A stretch of 64,000 nt of DNA from positions 247,261 to 311,260 of the forward strand of contig CAYMOY010000002.1 of assembly GCA_964392435.1 (NCBI GenBank). The letters are read 5' to 3'. The position numbers and the translations under genes are program-made. The notes under the pieces were generated by a model. That model made no database searches and was not told the DNA's origin. It worked only from the letters and a program-made list of their open reading frames with translations. Positions 26,346 to 37,400 of this stretch are shown one piece after another (position 1 is the first letter of the stretch; every line of letters begins with the position of its first letter). This DNA is from Candidatus Micrarchaeota archaeon. GTDB taxonomy: Archaea; Micrarchaeota; Micrarchaeia; Anstonellales; Anstonellaceae.

Positions 26346-28759
26346 AAAAAAGAGGATAGCCCTTTCTGCTCCCCCCGGAATTTCAGGTCATCCTCGGAAT
26401 AGCCAAGCTCCTTGAGTATTTTCAGGACAGAGGGCATAATCTGGTTGTCGATGTAGTAATTCGGGTCATAGTCGTGCGCAAGCTCTGCCAAGCACGCCTT
26501 TTCGGAAATGGTGCCGCCCTTTTTGGTGATGACATAGCCTATCATGCTGCCCTTCTCAATCTGCATGCCTGCCGCAATGCCCTTCTGCGCGGCTGAAAGC
26601 TCGGGGGACTTTATGTCGTATTTCCTGGGGTCCTTGCGCATCTGCGTGTATATCGTCAGCTCCTCAAGTGGAACCTTCCCCGCCTTGAGCCTCTCAATGA
26701 CATCCTTGACAACCTTGACTGCCATCTCCTTGCTGCCGTGCTTGAGTATCGCCTCCAGCACACGCCGCTGCGTGGTCTTCGCGATGCTCGACCAGTCCCG
26801 GCGCACCAGCTCGAAGCCGCGTATCTTTATTCGCCCGTCCTCTCCAATAAGGGCGTATTTTTTCTTGGCGCCTTTCTCCTGCCCGGCCACCTTTTTTGTG
26901 ACAAAAACCCCGCGCGGGTAGAACCCTTCAAGCTCAAGCTCCATGCCCTCTGGAAGCTCGCTGTTGATTTTCTTCATGAATGACATGGCGTTCTCCCGGC
27001 TCTTCTTCCCCACAAGTAGGAATATACTGTCGGTGTCCCCGTACAGAACCTCAAATCCGTTCCTCTCAGCCTTCTCGATTGTGTCCTGTATGAAGTGCCT
27101 GCCCCAGGCGGTCACCGATTCCCCGCATTCGCGCGAATACCAGCGCGAGCGCGGGTACGCCAAATACCCATAATACGAATTCGCAAGTATCTTCAGCGAC
27201 TGCACGCGCGCAAAGAGCATCTCGTATTCAACAGTGTCCTTCTCCACTTTCTTGAGCCTGGTTTTCATTTCCCCTCTCATGGCGATTAGCTCCTGGAGCA
27301 CTGTGGGTATGAGGCCTCGGGGCTTTTTGAGGAACCGGCTTTTGCTGGGTGAAATGTGGCAATCCGAGTCTGGCACGGTATCTGGGGGGTTGAGGGTGAA
27401 CGGGTCGATGTTGTGCGCGGTGATTATCGAGGGGTACAGCCCCCTAAAGTCAAACACCACCATGTTTTCGTAAATGCCGGGCTGGGGAAGCTTCACAAAA
27501 GCCCCCTTTATGGGCCCCAACTCCCTTTCCTGGGCCAACGCATCATCCGGCTTGTTCGGTATTATCGCATTGTGCTCGAAGCTTTTGTGCATGAGGAGCG
27601 ATTCCACCAGCTGACCCGCAGTTGCGTTTGAAACATCGAAAAGCGGCATGCGGGTGAGCCGCCCCATCTCTATCTCCAGCGGCAGCAGTATCTTGCCAAT
27701 CTCCATCGTTGCCTGCGCGTCAAACCTCGAATAATCGGCAAGCTGGCCTGCCAGAGCCGCGTCATCCCACATCTTCCAAATGTCGAGCTTCTGCACCATC
27801 AGCTTCTTTTTCCCAGTCAATTCCTCATAGGCGTTCTCAAGCGTGTATTTGCTGATCTTGAACGCCCCGATGAACCCCATGAAGCGAACCAGTGGGTAGA
27901 GGTCGACGTGTATCCTGCCTGTGATTTCCGCAACGTCGCGTATTCCCTGCCGCCTTACCCTAAACGCGCTCCCATCCCTCCCAATTGAAAAATCCAGCCC
28001 GTTGGCGTCAGCCCTGGCTTTCAAATACGGGAGGTCGAACATAGTGCTGTTGTAGCCAAGCAGCACCTCGATATCGTTCTCCTCTATCACGTCTAGGAAT
28101 TTTCTTATCATTGCCCGCTCGTCCTTGCAGACGATTGCGAAATCCCGCCCCACGTCCTTGCTGGTGATGATTTTCCGCTCCCCGTTTTCGCCAAGCTCAT
28201 AGCTTATCATGATGATTTCATCCCTGTCCGGTCTTGGCATCCCGCTCGGGTTATAGGTTTCAATGTCGAAGGACAGCGTCCGAAGAGAAAATTTCGTCTC
28301 GCGTTTGCCAATTATTTTCCTGATGAATTTCCCTTCCCTCTCATATGATATGGTGGTGAATGGCGAAAGCCCCCTGTCGATAAGGTAGCGCCTGCCAAAC
28401 GGTATCCCGTTCTCATAGGCGGCGTATTTTCCAATTGCCTTGCTTATGTGCGGCACGTCATAGGGGCGCTCGCAAAAAACCTTCCAAAGCTCGCTCTTTT
28501 TGCCAAGAACACCCATCTTTACCCGCTCAAGGCGCGTTGGGGCGACCATCCTGTCCCTGCCCTGCGCCTGTGTCCCCAGTATTTCCTTTTCCGCACTTTT
28601 TGGCGCATCCAGGTAAAAATAAGGCTCGTAATAGTCATACAGCCGGAGAAAGCGCTTTCCCTTCAAAAGCAGGCGTACCGCTGTCTTGCCGCCAATTATC
28701 TTGTAATCCACGTCGATAAGCAGCGCTCGCCGTTTCACCAATCCGGTGGGTTTTGCCAT
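26342..28759 (-). CDS. polB: Family B DNA polymerase
   Basis: FDIET (ExoI), YNSTMFD, DFRGLYPSII, KILANSYYGY, YGDTDS, KKKYA, C-terminal PIP box QKGLSSFF; no intein. Confidence 0.97.
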   Translation of the reverse strand: MAKPTGLVKRRALLIDVDYKIIGGKTAVRLLLKGKRFLRLYDYYEPYFYLDAPKSAEKEILGTQAQGRDRMVAPTRLERVKMGVLGKKSELWKVFCERPYDVPHISKAIGKYAAYENGIPFGRRYLIDRGLSPFTTISYEREGKFIRKIIGKRETKFSLRTLSFDIETYNPSGMPRPDRDEIIMISYELGENGERKIITSKDVGRDFAIVCKDERAMIRKFLDVIEENDIEVLLGYNSTMFDLPYLKARADANGLDFSIGRDGSAFRVRRQGIRDVAEITGRIHVDLYPLVRFMGFIGAFKISKYTLENAYEELTGKKKLMVQKLDIWKMWDDAALAGQLADYSRFDAQATMEIGKILLPLEIEMGRLTRMPLFDVSNATAGQLVESLLMHKSFEHNAIIPNKPDDALAQERELGPIKGAFVKLPQPGIYENMVVFDFRGLYPSIITAHNIDPFTLNPPDTVPDSDCHISPSKSRFLKKPRGLIPTVLQELIAMRGEMKTRLKKVEKDTVEYEMLFARVQSLKILANSYYGYLAYPRSRWYSRECGESVTAWGRHFIQDTIEKAERNGFEVLYGDTDSIFLLVGKKSRENAMSFMKKINSELPEGMELELEGFYPRGVFVTKKVAGQEKGAKKKYALIGEDGRIKIRGFELVRRDWSSIAKTTQRRVLEAILKHGSKEMAVKVVKDVIERLKAGKVPLEELTIYTQMRKDPRKYDIKSPELSAAQKGIAAGMQIEKGSMIGYVITKKGGTISEKACLAELAHDYDPNYYIDNQIMPSVLKILKELGYSEDDLKFRGEQKGLSSFF

Positions 28760-28839
28760 GTTTTCACTGGTTTTACTTTGCAGTAAGGATTAATTAATTA
28801 GCCTCGGATTATTGGTAGTTTTCATTTGGGGGGGTCTAT

Positions 28840-29892
28840 ATGGCTTTGAAAGTGGCAGTGAACGGATTCGGCAGGATTGGCAAGCTGGTTGTCCGCGCGG
28901 CATTCGAGCGCAATTTCGTGGGGAAGAAGTTCGACATAGTGGCGATAAACGACACCCACGACCCAAAATTGTCCGCCCACCTCTTCAAGTACGATTCGAC
29001 ACAGGGCAGGTTTTCAGGAACAGTGAAAGGCGAACAGTTCGCGCAGGGCGCAACTGGCGGGAAAGTCGCAGGGCAGGTCGGCAAGCTCACAGTAAACGAC
29101 CATGAAATGGCGGTAGTTTCCTCGCGCGACCCTGCAGCTCTTAACTGGGGCGCGATGGGGGTGGACCTGGTCCTCGAATGCACAGGCGCGTTCACCGACC
29201 GCGCAGGCTCCTCAAAGCACCTGCAGGCCGGGGCTAAAAAAGTGCTGATATCCGCCCCCTGCAAGGGAGGCGAGGCTGACGCCACCATAATCCTCGGTGT
29301 CAACGATGAGAAATACGACAAGCAAAAGCACAGCATTGTCTCAATCGGCTCTTGCACCACAAACTGCCTTGCCCCTGTTGCAAAGGCGGTGGATGACGCT
29401 TTCGGGATAGAATCAGGCTTCATGACCACCTGCCATGCCTATACCAATGATCAGCTCATACTGGATGCAAACCATAAGGACTTCCGGCGAGCCCGCGCAG
29501 GCGCTGTGAACATCATCCCGACATCCACAGGTGCGGCAAAAGCCATCGGAGAGGTGATCCCCAAGCTCAAGGGTAAAATGGACGGGCTGGCGCTGCGCGT
29601 CCCGATTCCGGTAGGCTCGATAAACGACCTGACCTGCCTGCTTTCCAAGGAGGCAAAGGCAGAGGAGCTGAATGCGGCAGTGAAAAAGGCAGCCGAGGGA
29701 AGGATGAAGGGCATCCTCGAATACACTGAGGACCCGATAGTCTCGCAGGACATCGTGCACAATAGTGCAAGCTCGATATTCGACTCGCTTTCCACCAAGG
29801 CAATCGGCAGGACGGCAAAGCTCATGTCTTGGTATGACAACGAATGGGGCTTTAGCAACCGCATGGTGGAGATGGCGACAAGGATGTTTTAG
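28840..29892 (+). CDS. gap: Glyceraldehyde-3-phosphate dehydrogenase, type I (bacterial type)
   Basis: VAVNGFGRIG, KYDS, SCTTNCLAP, IIPTSTGAAKA, WYDNEWG. Confidence 0.96.
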   Translation: MALKVAVNGFGRIGKLVVRAAFERNFVGKKFDIVAINDTHDPKLSAHLFKYDSTQGRFSGTVKGEQFAQGATGGKVAGQVGKLTVNDHEMAVVSSRDPAALNWGAMGVDLVLECTGAFTDRAGSSKHLQAGAKKVLISAPCKGGEADATIILGVNDEKYDKQKHSIVSIGSCTTNCLAPVAKAVDDAFGIESGFMTTCHAYTNDQLILDANHKDFRRARAGAVNIIPTSTGAAKAIGEVIPKLKGKMDGLALRVPIPVGSINDLTCLLSKEAKAEELNAAVKKAAEGRMKGILEYTEDPIVSQDIVHNSASSIFDSLSTKAIGRTAKLMSWYDNEWGFSNRMVEMATRMF

Positions 29893-29956
29893 GGCAAAAG
29901 CCGCCCGCAAAAGCCTTGGCAGCATAAAGCCCAGGGCGCGAACCATAGGTGGAAAT

Positions 29957-30139
29957 TTGGACGTTCCCAAGGCATTTGGCGGCAGGTTGATACTGTTATT
30001 GCCCATAGCATTCTGCATATTCCTGCTTCTTGCAAGCGAAGACAGGATGGTCCGCCTGTTCGCGGTAATCATCCTCCTGGTGTTGGCGCAGGTGAGGGAA
30101 TGGCTCTTGCTTCAAAGCGTGGGATTGGCTAAAAAGTAG
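29957..30139 (+). CDS. Small two-TM membrane protein (60 aa)
   Basis: TTG start after AGGTGG; two hydrophobic stretches in the 3' half of the track ORF 29765..30139. Confidence 0.5.
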   Translation: MDVPKAFGGRLILLLPIAFCIFLLLASEDRMVRLFAVIILLVLAQVREWLLLQSVGLAKK

Positions 30140-30371
30140 CGCATTTCGCAAGAATAATAAACGTTGGGGGGGGTAAAACAGCGCAGGAAAACTGGAGCCT
30201 GGGCTAATGGTTTAAGAAAAGTAGGCCTGCGCTTCATGCGCAGGCAAGGCGACCAGTTTTCTGTCATAGACAGAATAAAAGACGGGCATTTCCTCTGAGA
30301 TATTTTACGGGAGCCCGATATATAAAGGTTTCTATACAAACAGACACCAAAGACAACAACAGGTAATTATC

Positions 30372-31178
30372 TTGGAAGACTCCAAAAAAACAAAGGCTTC
30401 CGCCCTGGCCAGTCTGCCGGACGGCCTCCGCGATATAGCTGAGCTTCCTTCTGCCCAGCCTGAGGGGCAAAAATCTCTCCCGCCTATTCAGGAAGAACAC
30501 CACGCCATCCCGCTTCCTCCTTCTGAAAAACACGAGCAGCGCCCTGAGCGGCCAAAAACACAAAAAGAGGAGGAGCTTGACGAGCTGATTGTTTCACGCC
30601 AGGCGGTAATCGACAAGCTGAAGGCGAAAAACCCCGAAGTCGGGCAATGCCGCAGCCGCATAGCGGCGATTCTTCCCTCTCTTTCGGGCAAGGGCGCCAG
30701 CCACACCATGAAATTGGTGGAAGAGGTCGAAAAGCTCGAGTTTTCAATCTCCACAGAGGCTTATACTCCTCAAAAGGAAAAAGACATGATAAAGCGCATA
30801 AGGCTTCTCAACTCCGAAATCTCCAAGCACAAGGAAATCGACTCCGCGCGCAAGGAAATAGATGCCCAGCGCTCCAAGCTGCGCTCGCTCATTTCTGAGA
30901 TAAAGGGATTGGAGGGCGAGCTTGCCCAGGCGCGCAAGGCATGCGATGCAAAATACGCAGAAGTGCTTGCCGAGCGCAAGGCAGCCTACGAGCAGAGGCA
31001 ACACCGCAGGGAAGAGCGCAAGGAAAGGAATTTCAATGAGCTGCGGCAGAGGGTCCGCAATGAGCGTAAAAAAGAATATGATGATGACATGGCAAAATAC
31101 ATGAAGGATTACGACGACACCGTCTCAATGGATGAAATAGTCATAATAGAAAAAAAGGAAAAGAAAACGGAAAAATAG
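30372..31178 (+). CDS. Archaeal coiled-coil protein (COG1340-like)
   Basis: Long heptad-rich charged helix with KLEFSISTEAYTPQKEKDMIKRI motif; TATATAAA upstream. Confidence 0.7.
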   Translation: MEDSKKTKASALASLPDGLRDIAELPSAQPEGQKSLPPIQEEHHAIPLPPSEKHEQRPERPKTQKEEELDELIVSRQAVIDKLKAKNPEVGQCRSRIAAILPSLSGKGASHTMKLVEEVEKLEFSISTEAYTPQKEKDMIKRIRLLNSEISKHKEIDSARKEIDAQRSKLRSLISEIKGLEGELAQARKACDAKYAEVLAERKAAYEQRQHRREERKERNFNELRQRVRNERKKEYDDDMAKYMKDYDDTVSMDEIVIIEKKEKKTEK

Positions 31179-31231
31179 CTCTTGTTCCTGCCGCATCGGC
31201 AATTTTTGGAAAGCAACATCCCTTGGAAGCA

Positions 31232-32296
31232 TCACCAATGGCCGGTCATCCCCATCTTTGCAATCTCCAACCCGCAGAAAAGAGATTCAACCGCCCCATA
31301 AAAGGGAAAATTTTCAGGGGCGGCATTGGAAATATCCACAATGTCCCCGCTTTGGTATTTTGCCATCACTTTCTCTACCAGCCAGTCTCCAAGCATTGAA
31401 GATGCAAACCTGCGGGCAAAATCCTTGCGGAGGTGGGGCATCAGCTCGCTTCTCCAAGCGCGGTCGTAATCCCCCCCGCCCAAAATACAGCCTGCTGCAA
31501 GCTTTCCGCTCCTAAGGGCATAAGCTATGCCAAAGCCCATGAACGGGTCCTGGAAGCCTGCCGCCTCCCCAACGAGATATTTCCCCCCCAGCTTTGCGCT
31601 TGCTGGAATCCTCGCCCAGCCAGAGCCCCCAAAAGAGGCAATCCTGCGCTTGCCGCCCAAAAAATTTTGCAGCATCTTCCTTTCAGAGACCGCTTTTTCA
31701 TACAAGCTTGAAAGTTTTGGAACATGGGGCTGCGAAACGCAGTTGACAAATTCAATCAAGTCTTTGGAAATGGGGAAAATGTAGCTGTACCACCCAAAAG
31801 GCGAATACTGGTCGTCGAATATCGCCATGTATGAATCGCGCGGGAAGTCGGTGTCCTCGTATACCCCCCCCATTGCGGCAAAATCGCAGCCCCTGCCACC
31901 GGTGGCTATCACGTCCGCCTCGCCCTGCGGAATCTTGGAGTTGAAATGGAACCGGACGCCTTCCTCTTCCGCCTGGCGGAAAAGACCGTACTCGAGCGAG
32001 TTTTTGCCCCCGCGCTCCACAAAAGCAATCCTGCTTCTGGAAACATCCAGTTCCAAGTCCCGCTTGCGTGTGCCAAAAAAAACCCGTTTGAAATAGCGAT
32101 ATCCAACTCTAGGGCGCAGGCCCAGGCTTTCCATGAATGGTTCGGGCTGCCCAACATACTTGAGCCCTTGAAGATTGGGGTGGAAGCGCATGCCCACATC
32201 GGGCTTGCTCTCGAAAACCTCCACGCGCTGCCCGCCTTTGGCGAGGTTTATCGCGGTGCAAAGCCCTGCAGGGCCGGCGCCAAGTATCCTCACCAT
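31232..32296 (-). CDS. FAD-dependent oxidoreductase (GGR-related)
   Basis: ILGAGPAG, IATG, YSYIFP, LVGEAAGFQDPFMGFGI.YALRSG. Confidence 0.85.
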   Translation of the reverse strand: MVRILGAGPAGLCTAINLAKGGQRVEVFESKPDVGMRFHPNLQGLKYVGQPEPFMESLGLRPRVGYRYFKRVFFGTRKRDLELDVSRSRIAFVERGGKNSLEYGLFRQAEEEGVRFHFNSKIPQGEADVIATGGRGCDFAAMGGVYEDTDFPRDSYMAIFDDQYSPFGWYSYIFPISKDLIEFVNCVSQPHVPKLSSLYEKAVSERKMLQNFLGGKRRIASFGGSGWARIPASAKLGGKYLVGEAAGFQDPFMGFGIAYALRSGKLAAGCILGGGDYDRAWRSELMPHLRKDFARRFASSMLGDWLVEKVMAKYQSGDIVDISNAAPENFPFYGAVESLFCGLEIAKMGMTGHW

Positions 32297-32357
32297 AAAA
32301 TCTGCCCGTCCTCCTTTTCCTAGAAAGCCAGATTTCCCCCGCGTGCCATCGGTTTAC

Positions 32358-33584
32358 TTAAGCAAACAGTAGCTTCAGGTAGAAAAGAGGGGAAGCATAT
32401 TCCTGTTTTGCCTGCTCGTTGGAAAATGTCCCAGCTATAGCTTCTCTCGCCCTTTCGCTCTTAGCAGCCTTGTTCACCACAAAATTCAGCAGCCACTCAT
32501 TCCTACCAAGTTTCTGCATGGTGTAGCTCATGTTAAGCTCGTTCCAAACTGCCGCCCAAAGCTTCTCGTCATATCTTGCAAGCGCAGATGCCGAAGTGTC
32601 GCCTGCAGCAAGAGCTTCGTCAGCGCATTGGGCCGCGATCTTGCCTGAGGTCATGGCGTTTCCAATCCCCTCTCCTGAGAAAGGATCAACCAATCCGGCG
32701 GCATCCCCGACCAGCAGCACGTTGTCGGCACTGACCTTCCTTTTCTTGGAGCCAAACGGGAGGGACCACGCCCCTATAGGGGAGACCAGCTTGGCTGAGG
32801 CAAACCTCTCCTTGAAAAGAGGGCTTTGCGCAATCGCGTCCAGCATTGCCTGCTGCAGGTTGACATTGCCCCTTTTCATATCGCTCATTACCATCCCAAC
32901 CCCGACATTGGCAAGACCGTTTTCAAGAGGGAATATCCAAAAATAGCCAGGCATCATGGATTTCACAAAATGTATCTCCAGCGAGCCGCTCATGCCGGTT
33001 ATTCCAGAGTAATAGGCGCGGTAGGCAACGCAAGTGTGGTCCGGGTCAATCTCATTTCCCCTTGCCTCGCGAGCAATCAGGGAAGAAACGCCATCCGCGC
33101 CGATAATCAGCTTCCCGCGGAATTCGAATTCCTTTCCTTCCTTGTTTTTTGCCCTCACCCCAACAATTCTCCCCCCTTCCCTCACCACCGCGGTGACCAG
33201 GGTCCCCTCATACGCATCACAGGTTTTCTTGGCATTCTGCCAAAGCATGTTGTCGTACACCATTCTTCTGCAAACATAGCCCTTGGCAATCTGGCCGTCG
33301 CTGCCCCTGAAAGGTATGGTGACCACGGTGCTGTTTGGCGAGGAAAAGGTAAGCCCTGTCACTTCTCCGTGGTCTGCTTTTTCAACGGCATCTGTCATTC
33401 CAAGCTCGCGCAGAATGCCCACCGATTTTCCAGATATCGCATCCCCGCAGGTCTTGTCCCGGGGCCATCTCTCCTTTTCCAACAAAAGCACCTTGCGCCC
33501 CTTCTTGGACAGGAATGCCGCAGCGGTGGCGCCCCCTGGCCCCCCACCAACAACAACCGCATCGTAAAGTATTTCCTCGCTCAT
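32358..33584 (-). CDS. Geranylgeranyl reductase family protein
   Basis: VVGGGPGG, PRDKTCGD, GADG, GYFWIFP, LVGDAAGLVDPFSGEGI. Confidence 0.9.
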   Translation of the reverse strand: MSEEILYDAVVVGGGPGGATAAAFLSKKGRKVLLLEKERWPRDKTCGDAISGKSVGILRELGMTDAVEKADHGEVTGLTFSSPNSTVVTIPFRGSDGQIAKGYVCRRMVYDNMLWQNAKKTCDAYEGTLVTAVVREGGRIVGVRAKNKEGKEFEFRGKLIIGADGVSSLIAREARGNEIDPDHTCVAYRAYYSGITGMSGSLEIHFVKSMMPGYFWIFPLENGLANVGVGMVMSDMKRGNVNLQQAMLDAIAQSPLFKERFASAKLVSPIGAWSLPFGSKKRKVSADNVLLVGDAAGLVDPFSGEGIGNAMTSGKIAAQCADEALAAGDTSASALARYDEKLWAAVWNELNMSYTMQKLGRNEWLLNFVVNKAAKSERAREAIAGTFSNEQAKQEYASPLFYLKLLFA

Positions 33585-33710
33585 AATGACACCCTCTGAT
33601 TCTGGTATAAAGGCTCTTTCTAGGCGCTAAAGGATAAAAAACCCCCCGCGACCTTTTTTCTGCAACCCAATGCGATAAAAACCCATCCTTCATGTTATCA
33701 AGCGAACGAA

Positions 33711-34340
33711 ATGGCAAACAGCACAATATATTCGGGCGTGAAAGTAACCTGGTTGGGCCATTCTTCCGTAATGCTGGAAGCTGACGGGCTGGTTTTTTAC
33801 CTAGACCCATTTGTCCTGCCGCGTGGGGCTAAGATGGCGGATGCCATCCTCTATTCCCATGGGCATTCTGACCACTGCGCTGCTGCGCCCTCAATAACCA
33901 AAGCCAGCACAGTGCTTATCGGGCATGGCTGCAGCCTGCCCTGCAGGATGATTGAAATAGGCGGCAGGGAAAAAATCGGAGGGGTGATTGTGGAGGCTGT
34001 GCACGCCTACAATATCGGCAAGCCCTACCACCCTTGCGGCGCAGGAGCTGGTTACATCATCCGCTTCAAATCGGCTTCCGTCTATTTTGCGGGCGACACC
34101 GATTTTATACCTGAGATGAAAAGCTACAAGTGCGACATCGCGCTTCTGCCCATAGGCGGCATTTACACCATGGACGCATCAGAGGCGGCAAAAGCAGCAG
34201 CTGCAATAATGCCAAAAATAGCAATCCCAATCCACTACAACTACCTTACAGACCTGAAAGTTGACCCTGAGAAGTTCCGCACCCTGGTTGCCGAGCAAAC
34301 AGGGGGCAGAGTGGATGTGCGTATACTCTCCTTTGCTTAG
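33711..34340 (+). CDS. MBL-fold metallo-hydrolase
   Basis: WLGHSS, DPF, SHGHSDH, YFAGDT, LPIGG.YTM, IPIHY. Confidence 0.9.
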   Translation: MANSTIYSGVKVTWLGHSSVMLEADGLVFYLDPFVLPRGAKMADAILYSHGHSDHCAAAPSITKASTVLIGHGCSLPCRMIEIGGREKIGGVIVEAVHAYNIGKPYHPCGAGAGYIIRFKSASVYFAGDTDFIPEMKSYKCDIALLPIGGIYTMDASEAAKAAAAIMPKIAIPIHYNYLTDLKVDPEKFRTLVAEQTGGRVDVRILSFA

Positions 34341-34430
34341 CTGGAAAAAGAAAGATAGTGTGCCTGGTCTGTCAGTCCGCCAGCCTGGCTTGACGCATAC
34401 AAATAATAACCTCAAGGGGGAAACTTTCCC

Positions 34431-37400
34431 ATGGGGCGTTGGGAGGCGCGCCTGTCATCATTTCTCCTGCTTTTCTGGCTATCCTCCTTGCTATTGGCGG
34501 AAAGCTTCACAAACTGCGTCAATCCCGCCCCCCTGGACAGATTCTGGGTTTCCCCAGCCTATACCATTTCCAATCCATACATTTACAAACTCGGTTTTGC
34601 TGATTTCTATTCTTTTGCGCTTGACAATGCAACAGAATCCCTGGGGTTGGAAAACATTTCACTTGCAAGCTGGGATTCTTTGCGCTATTCAATCCCGCCG
34701 GGTGAGGAAGCCGAATTTGGCGCAGTCGCCAAAGAGCTTTCGCAAGCATCCTCTTCCCTCATGGCTGCGAAAGAGGCCGCAGCCGCGGCGCACACTCTCT
34801 CCCTGGAAGCGCAATCCTCCGCCAAGAATTTCGAGCTTTCAGCGTTGAACTTGGCGCAATTCGCAATTACCATGCTTTATTCCCCAAACTCCCCCAATTT
34901 CCTGATTTTTGCCGGTGCCGAGAAATTCTGGCGGTTGCAGGGGATAATGGGGTATGCGGTAAACTATCCACAGCAATACGCCTCTGTGCTCGCCAATTCA
35001 TCAGACGCATATGAGCGCCTCAACGCAGCCGCCATGGCAATTTCGCTTTATTGTCAGGAAGAATATGGGGCCCTCAAACTGGCTGGCGCAGGCAGCAGGG
35101 GGTATTCCGGAGCCGCAAAGGAAAGCTATTTTCATGCGCAGGCACAGCTATCCCCCACATCAGGGTTTTGCGGCAGCAGTCGGAAAAAGTCGGATTCCAT
35201 CGCGTCTTACTTCGCCGACCGGCCCCTCACCCCGGATTTTTCCAAAATAGGGTTTGGCAGTTATCTTCAGGCAGTCGGGGGCGCTGGAAACTCATCCACA
35301 ATATCGCAACTTTTCGCCCAATACCTCTCGCTTAAGGAAGCGAACAGCATAATGCAATCCGAATACGCAACCGCCCAGCTGCGCGCAAAAATCTCACTGG
35401 ATTCTCTTTCAAACGAGCTGGAATCGCTGCAAAAGGAGGACCTCAATCTTATTGGGGACCCCCAACAGTTCTCCTCGGGCGGCCAGTACCTTTCAATAGG
35501 CTCGATGTTTTCTGGCATAAACCGTGGCTTGCAGCAGGCTGAATCCGAAAAAAGACGGGCTGAGCAATCATTATCCGAATCCCAACTTGCAAAATCGCAG
35601 AAAGTCTTGCAAGACTATCTCTCCACTGCAATTGCATTGGCTGGGGAGTCGGAACGCATCTCATCATCAGCCGCCAACTCCCTGTCAAATGTCCGATCAT
35701 CTGCGCAATCCGCTGTTGAGATGGAAAAAGCATTTGCTGAGCAGGCAATATCAAAATCGGAGCTAAAGCTGGGGGCGTTCACATCATCCCTATCATCTGC
35801 AAAATCAATGCTGGCAGCCAGCCGCGCATTGGATGAAGCCAAACAGGCTTATGGGTCCGCGGGGCTTGCAAAAAGCCTGGGCAAAAAATACGCAGCTTAC
35901 TCATCTGCGGTTGACCTGGCAGTAGTTTCGATGTCATATGCCGACAATACGGGGGCGGCACAGGAAGAAGATCAAGCCCTGCAAGAGATTTCCTCGCTTC
36001 GCAACCTTCTGGATGCCGCGCAAGTCGACGGGCTGGACGTATCATACGAGCGGGAGCAGATCCGGGAGCTAGAATCGCTTCTCCGCCTGGCGGGAAAGCC
36101 ATTGCAAAGCGGACTTGCAGAGTCGATTCTTCTCTCGGTGCGTGAAAAGCGCGATTCGGTGCTGCTCCGATTGTCATCAGAATATTCCGTTCTTGCGCAA
36201 GATTACTGCTCTTTGAATGAAAAGGTGCTAGCGCTTCGGGAGCAGGAGCCCATGTTCCTTCCGGAGTTCGATCTTACTGGCCAGTTTTTTGATGGATGCG
36301 ACCTAGACGTCCTGGCGGGTGCAGGGCAGCTAAAACAAATAAAGGCTAAGCTGGAAAAGCTCAGAATAGAAACAGAAAAGCGGCTTCCATCATACATATC
36401 TTATCTTCTTGCCAAAAACGCAATGGTGCAAGAGCTTGCGGAGCCTCCGGTATTGGGGGCTCAGAGCGGTTTTTCAGCCGCAATCTCAACTTACAATCCC
36501 TCCAAGTTCTCTTATGCCGGGCCAATATCATTCTCGGTCAAAACCAGCGCGCCGCTTTATTCATCCGAGCTTGTCTCTGGGGGCGGCCTTGTGGATGCTT
36601 TTCCTGACAAGGAAATGCTCACAATCCAGATCTCAGGGGTGCAGGCGGGGCAACGCTTATCATTCAGATTTGAGAAAAAAGAGCAGCCTGCGCAAAAAAC
36701 AGCATCGTTTGAAAAATGCACTGCCGCATCGAATGAGCTGGCGCAGTTGGAACGAGAAATATCATTTTTCGCCTCGCGAAGGCTTCCTTCCCTCGCCCTA
36801 TCAGAATCCGCCCCTACTGGCGCATCCGAGGCTAAAGCCCGCTATTCGGGCTCAAGCCAGAATCTCTACTCATCTTTTTCTCCAAGTGAAACAATCCTGC
36901 AAGGCAGCATAGGCCCGATTGACTCCGGGCAGCATTCGCTTGAGCTGCAATACGTTGTGGCCAACCCATTTTCGGTTTCTTCAGGGGAGCCGTCCTATCA
37001 GGAGCTTTCCAACGGCCGGCGCAGGATTTCCCGCCAAATTTCCCTGGAAAACATCTCCACAAGCTGCGGCTCTGCCCGCGTGCAGCTTTCAGAGCCTTTT
37101 TCGGCAAATGATTTCTCGGCCACTTCGCTTGGGGCGGAAAAGGTCGGCTCTGTCTCATTCCTGGAATATGCGGGTGGCATCCAGGCAAGCTTCGTCGTCT
37201 CACCGCTCGAGAAAGGCACACAGCCGAAATTCATTATCTCATATGTAATTTCAGATCAGGCTTCCGCGCTTTCAGAAGCCCTCGCACAGGCGGAGCTGCA
37301 GGTGCTTTATTACAACCGGACCCGCGACATCCTTCTCCTCTCCCAAGCACGCCTCCTCTCATCACAAAACCGCACCCAAGAGGCTCTTTCGCTGCTTTCC

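Noticed and set aside
26342..28759. Possible inteins in PolB, Cdc6, RFC or the secretion ATPase
   Set aside because: Lengths are normal and no intein terminal or LAGLIDADG motifs were seen.
30280..30300. Minus-strand GAGGAAATGCCC resembling RNase P RNA CR-I
   Set aside because: Imperfect match, with no CR-V or P4 partner seen downstream.
33633..33684. Near-direct repeat GATAAAAA(A)CCC twice in a divergent promoter
   Set aside because: Adequately explained as TATA-like promoter elements.
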